Origin: an uncultured Nitrososphaerota archaeon
GTDB lineage: Archaea; Thermoproteota; Nitrososphaeria; Nitrososphaerales; Nitrosopumilaceae
DNA: 64,000 bases
Direction of reading: 5' to 3'
Assembly: GCA_963701075.1 (NCBI GenBank)
Contig: OY969559.1
Coordinates: 1,504,001-1,568,000 of the forward strand
Shown here in pieces: positions 59,724 through 64,000 of the stretch. Within the stretch, counting starts at the first letter, position 1, and each line of letters opens with the position of its first letter. Under the pieces are notes generated by a model. That model was given only the letters and a program-made list of their open reading frames with translations. It made no database searches and was not told where the DNA came from. A program made the position numbers and the translations under genes.

Positions 59724-60008
59724 ATGGTCAGCAATCATGGAATAGAAAAGGGGTTAGTGGGGTTGGCCATAGAACATACTCTTTTGCAGATGGGTAAACC
59801 TATCTTCGATAAAGTTGAAAATCAGTTTCGCGAGAAATACCAGTGCTCTATAATAGATTGCTATGATCATCCACAGTACCTAAATGAGGTCTTAAGTGAA
59901 GTTTTTGGAAGATCCCATTCAGACATAACCAGATCTATTGAAGAGTTCCTCAAAGAATTCAGATACGAATATCACATAGAGACGTTCATCGAGAAAATAA
60001 AACAATAA
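59724..60008 (+). CDS. Nitrosopumilaceae output-domain-like protein
   Basis: KYQCSIIDCYDHPQYLNEVLSEVFG motif. Confidence 0.75.
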   Translation: MVSNHGIEKGLVGLAIEHTLLQMGKPIFDKVENQFREKYQCSIIDCYDHPQYLNEVLSEVFGRSHSDITRSIEEFLKEFRYEYHIETFIEKIKQ

Positions 60009-60068
60009 GCAGGTTACAAAAATCTAAAAATACGTCCAATCTTCAGACAGGCAAATTTCAAGGCGGTT

Positions 60069-60230
60069 CTACCTATCAGACATGCTCCACTTTTCTTCTT
60101 GATTCATCTTTAATATTTTTTCAATTGGGATATCGCTGTGGTCTTTGCTTAGATGTGTTGTATATTCAAGAAGACTAGTGAATCGTTTCTTGCAGATAGG
60201 ACAATCTTTCTCAAATCCAGCCATTGTCAT
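60069..60230 (-). CDS. C2H2 zinc-finger small protein (53 aa)
   Basis: MTMAGFEKDCPICKKRFTSLLEYTTHLSKDHSDIPIEKILKMNQEEKWSMSDR*. Confidence 0.8.
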   Translation of the reverse strand: MTMAGFEKDCPICKKRFTSLLEYTTHLSKDHSDIPIEKILKMNQEEKWSMSDR

Positions 60231-60376
60231 TTTAAAAATAGGGATTTTTCTATTTTAATGTATGCTAGATTATCACATCTATAATTTTCTAAACTTTTCT
60301 TCCATATGATTTTGCCCAATAATTTTCATTGGTACTCAAAGATAACAACTAGACAAGCAAATCACTTGAATGCTAG

Positions 60377-61546
60377 CTATTTGAGGCGTAATTTTGAAAT
60401 TGCAGTTATGATATTTTTCTGAATTCTCTTGTCATACATGCTTGGTATGATGTGGTCATAGTGAAGTTCCCTATTTGAGACCGTTTTTGCTATTGCCACT
60501 GCAGTAACAAGTAATAATTTCATCGTTATTTTGTTTATTCTTTTATCCAGTATTGCCCGCATAAGGTGAGGAAATACTAGGGCATTGTTGACTTTGTTAG
60601 GATAAAGATAACTCCCAGTTGCTACAATTTTTGCACCAGCTGCTTTTGCTATCTCAGGTTTTATCTCAGGATCGGGGTTGGTAAGTGCAAAAACTATTGG
60701 ATCTTGGTTCATCGTTTTTATAATTTTAAAAGTGAGCAGATTTTTCTTTCCTGATACACCGATGAAAACATCAGCATTTTTCAGTGCGTCACACAGCGAG
60801 CCTTTTTCTTTTTTTGGGTTTGTCATATCTCCGAGTTCTTTTTTGTATTTGTTCATATTTGCAGTTCGTCCCTTGTAAATTATGCCATCAGAATCTGTAA
60901 CAAGTATATTTTTGCAGCCAGATGCAGCAAGTAATTTGCATATACCATACCCTGCAGAGCCAGCTCCTGCCACTACCACCCTGATTGTAGAGAGTTGTTT
61001 TTTGGTGAGTTTTAACGAGTTTAGCAATGCGGAAAGCACTACCACTGAAGTTCCATGCCTATCATCATGAAAGATTGGAATAGGCAGTGACTTTTCCAAC
61101 TCGTCAGATATTTCCATCACTTTTGGAGATTCAATATCTTCCAGGTTTATGGCGCCAAATACAGGTTCAATTGCCTTGATTGTAGCAATGATTTCATCTT
61201 TCTTTGTGGTATCAAGACAGATAGGAAAAGCGCTTACACCACCAAATTCTTGGTAAAGAACTGCCTTTCCTTCCATAACTGGCAATGCAGCATACGGGCC
61301 TATGTTTCCCAATCCAAGTATTCTTGTACCATCAGTCACTATAGCTACATTATTTCCTTTGGAGGTAAGAGTATATTTTTTTTCAGGATGATGATAGATT
61401 TCTTTGCATACTGCCGCAACCCCTGGAGTATAGATTAGTTTTATCTCGTTTGATCTCAAATTCTTGATTTTTCCTGTAACAATTATCTTTCCTTTTAATT
61501 TCTTGTGTAATGCAAGTGCCTTCTTTGAGTTCTGATCAGAAATCAT
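60377..61546 (-). CDS. NAD(P)-dependent malic enzyme
   Basis: YTPGVA, TDGTRILGLGNIG, MEGKA, INLEDI, FHDDRHGT, GAGSAG, NPDPEI. Confidence 0.95.
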   Translation of the reverse strand: MISDQNSKKALALHKKLKGKIIVTGKIKNLRSNEIKLIYTPGVAAVCKEIYHHPEKKYTLTSKGNNVAIVTDGTRILGLGNIGPYAALPVMEGKAVLYQEFGGVSAFPICLDTTKKDEIIATIKAIEPVFGAINLEDIESPKVMEISDELEKSLPIPIFHDDRHGTSVVVLSALLNSLKLTKKQLSTIRVVVAGAGSAGYGICKLLAASGCKNILVTDSDGIIYKGRTANMNKYKKELGDMTNPKKEKGSLCDALKNADVFIGVSGKKNLLTFKIIKTMNQDPIVFALTNPDPEIKPEIAKAAGAKIVATGSYLYPNKVNNALVFPHLMRAILDKRINKITMKLLLVTAVAIAKTVSNRELHYDHIIPSMYDKRIQKNIITAISKLRLK

Positions 61547-61610
61547 ACATTATCACTCTAATAGCTGCTTTGTAAGTCTTTTAGTCATTCTTGCAAAATA
61601 ATCCTAACTC

Positions 61611-62168
61611 TTACCGGTCGTTATCGCATGCATATTTTTTATCAAGTCTATATATGATAGTATTTTCTGTTAAATCAAATTTTACATTGCACCCAAGCTC
61701 CTTGAATGCTGCTTCATAAAATGCCTTGAAATGTTTGGACCATTTAATTCCCATGTCATGTCTCATGATGAACTTGATTTCGTTTTTACCTTCGATCTGG
61801 GTGAAACTAAAGCCGGCAGCCTTTGCCCTGCCACGTAAAACAGATATCCATTCCCAGACATCAGACGTTCCTTTCATTGCAAACAACATATCTCTTGAAA
61901 CATGTTTTCCTTTTTCCTCTGCAATGCTCAGAATTACCTTATCATCGAGTTTATCAAACCAAGACATGAGAAGCGCTTTTGGCACAGGCACCCACCCAGA
62001 TTTTGATGCCACAATATCCCAATCTACCGCATGTGCAAGGAGTTGGTTCACCAGTGCGTTAAGGGTGATTCTCTCAAATGTGGCATGAGATTTGATCTTG
62101 TCTAGAACTTCCTTGTCTATCCTAAATGTTACTGTCTTATTCTTCTCAATTGTGGATTCGTCATTCAT
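61611..62168 (-). CDS. RHH-type regulator, paralog of 2483..3073
   Basis: TVTFRIDKEVLDKI...TLNALVNQLL; HDMGIKWS. Confidence 0.8.
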   Translation of the reverse strand: MNDESTIEKNKTVTFRIDKEVLDKIKSHATFERITLNALVNQLLAHAVDWDIVASKSGWVPVPKALLMSWFDKLDDKVILSIAEEKGKHVSRDMLFAMKGTSDVWEWISVLRGRAKAAGFSFTQIEGKNEIKFIMRHDMGIKWSKHFKAFYEAAFKELGCNVKFDLTENTIIYRLDKKYACDNDR

Positions 62169-62358
62169 GACATTGTTTTTGTTGATTGCGTACTGATTAA
62201 TATTGCGAAACAGAGTTCACTTGCACTCATTTGTGACATAACCAAATACGTCATTGTATAGAGACACCCGACGTTCTAGTAGCACCTACAGCTTCTGGCA
62301 TTATGTGTATTTGTGGCATCTCTGGCTAGTTCAAGCGGCTGTACTAGCACACTACAGA

Positions 62359-62802
62359 TTAGTTGTTTCTAATTCCAGGAGTAACAATATTGTATTTGTC
62401 TAGTTGATTTTTTATGATAGCAAGGAATTGTTTAGAATTAATCTTTTGAATCAAAGAAGTAGGATCTACACCCTTCTTTGCTATGACAATCATTATGTTT
62501 GAAAAGATCGGTATTGTTATGAATTTTAATTTGCTTCTTTCTGTTGTGATATAGTTAACAGATCCTAATTCTTCATCAAAATCGGCATGCATCGAGTGTT
62601 GCAATCTTATGCCCATACACAGCATCTCCATCTTTTCTCTGCTCAAAGTGAGATTTTTTGGTGCTTGCTCTAGCATTCTGCCTTGAGCATTTATTATTCC
62701 AACATATTCCAAGTTATATTTTAACAACGAATCAAGATGATCTGCTAAATCTTTCTCTTCCACATAATCATATGTCACTCTTATGCTAAAAAATGAGAGC
62801 AA
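62359..62802 (-). CDS. DUF6659/roadblock-like protein
   Basis: YVGIINAQGRM...DFDEELGSVNYITTERSKLKFITIP; start uncertain. Confidence 0.8.
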   Translation of the reverse strand: MLSFFSIRVTYDYVEEKDLADHLDSLLKYNLEYVGIINAQGRMLEQAPKNLTLSREKMEMLCMGIRLQHSMHADFDEELGSVNYITTERSKLKFITIPIFSNIMIVIAKKGVDPTSLIQKINSKQFLAIIKNQLDKYNIVTPGIRNN

Positions 62803-62867
62803 TATTATGCACTAGCTTGCAAGACTGGAAATGCTAGACAACAAAACTGTATGTCAAAATATCAAGA

Positions 62868-64000
62868 TCATTCAACATGATGTTGTACTATCAGCTGGTC
62901 GTAGAATCTTACTGACTTGATATTGACAAACTCTAACATGCCATATCTTGAGAGTTCTCTTCCAAAGCCACTTTGTTTTACTCCACCAAAAGGTATTCTT
63001 GGATCAGAGACAACAACGTTGTTTACTGCAACAAGCCCAGATTCGACCAATCTTGACAGCTTGTCAGCTTTATCCAGATCCTGAGTCCAAATACTCCCAC
63101 CAAGGCCATATTGTGACCCGTTAGCAAGGCGTATTGCCTCCATTTCATCTTCTACGATAGTTATTGGTGCAACGGGTCCAAATGCCTCCTCATTAGCCAT
63201 ACGCATGTTGGTGGTAACATTACCAAGTATTGTTGGACTGTAAAAGTATCCCTTGCTGTTCATCCTCTTACCACCAGTTAGTACTTCAGCACCTTTGTCT
63301 ACGGCATCTTTTACAAGTTCTTCTATTTTTTCAAGACCTTCTGAATTTACCATAGGTCCTATGTCAGTATCTTCAGATGTTGGGTCTCCCACTCTGAGTT
63401 TCTCCGTTTTTTGAACAAACTTTTCAATAAATTCTTTGGCAAGATTTTTTGTTACAAAAAATCTTTTTGATGCAATACAGCTTTGTCCACAGTTGATAAA
63501 ACGCCCTTTGACTGCACCTGTGGATGCCTTTTCAGCATCTGCGTCCGAGCACACTATGAAAGGATCGCTGCCGCCAAGTTCTAGGACGCATTTCTTTATT
63601 TTGGAGGTAGCCCGTTGTGCCACTTTTGCGCCAGCCATGTTACTGCCAGTAAATGTCACAGCGTTAACAGAATCTATGAGCTGCTCTGCCATGGAAGAAT
63701 CAGCAATCGCGGTTTGGAAGACACCTTCAGGCAATCCTGCTTTCTTGAACATATTTTCAATTTCTATACCGCACTGCATTGTGGCACTAGCCGGCTTTAG
63801 AACAACAGTATTCCCAGCCATCAACGAAGGAGCAGCAAATCTCAAAGCTTGCCAGTATGGAAAATTCCATGGCATTATACTTCCAATTACCCCTATTGGC
63901 TCAAACGCAATGAAGCTCTTTCTAGCATCAGTGTTTACGGATTCATCATGAAGAAAGGTTCCACTGTTATCGGCATAAAACTCCATAACCCAAGCACACT
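62868..64000 (-). CDS. aldehyde dehydrogenase (succinate-semialdehyde dehydrogenase-like), 5' end outside the window
   Basis: IMPWNFP, FTGS, LELGGSD, GQSCIA, EEAFGP, PFGGVKQSGFGRE; frame open to the window edge. Confidence 0.95.
   Translation of the reverse strand, partial: CAWVMEFYADNSGTFLHDESVNTDARKSFIAFEPIGVIGSIMPWNFPYWQALRFAAPSLMAGNTVVLKPASATMQCGIEIENMFKKAGLPEGVFQTAIADSSMAEQLIDSVNAVTFTGSNMAGAKVAQRATSKIKKCVLELGGSDPFIVCSDADAEKASTGAVKGRFINCGQSCIASKRFFVTKNLAKEFIEKFVQKTEKLRVGDPTSEDTDIGPMVNSEGLEKIEELVKDAVDKGAEVLTGGKRMNSKGYFYSPTILGNVTTNMRMANEEAFGPVAPITIVEDEMEAIRLANGSQYGLGGSIWTQDLDKADKLSRLVESGLVAVNNVVVSDPRIPFGGVKQSGFGRELSRYGMLEFVNIKSVRFYDQLIVQHHVE

Noticed and set aside
62275-62357. Possible hairpin with TACAGC/GCTGTA arms
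   Set aside because: Pairing is short and interrupted, with no promoter or second copy to support it.

Overview
AT-rich archaeal chromosome segment. Gene content (TFB, TBP, aEF-2, futalosine-pathway MqnD/MqnE, PEFG-CTERM surface proteins, stand-alone Lrp/AsnC domains, DUF6659-like proteins) points to an ammonia-oxidising Nitrososphaerota genome, probably Nitrosotalea-like. Two accessory regions stand out. (1) Directly downstream of aEF-2 (about 6190-12670) is a tandem series of four degenerate casposon ends. Each has a terminal-repeat/promoter segment, a different small membrane-protein gene, and a 5' stub of casposase-type cas1. One unit retains inverted ends, forming a ~1.8 kb mini-element. 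(2) A ~17 kb copper island (about 39600-57200) carries CopA, two unannotated metallothionein-like peptides, a histidine-zipper protein, Met-rich and N-terminal-His surface proteins, a CopC-CopD-beta-propeller fusion, two distinct recurring operator palindromes and several candidate non-coding RNAs. The window also holds a divergent proteasome beta-alpha operon with an in-frame TGA, several pseudogenes and many micro-ORFs missing from the ORF track. All homology calls are from recognition of motifs by eye; no searches were run.
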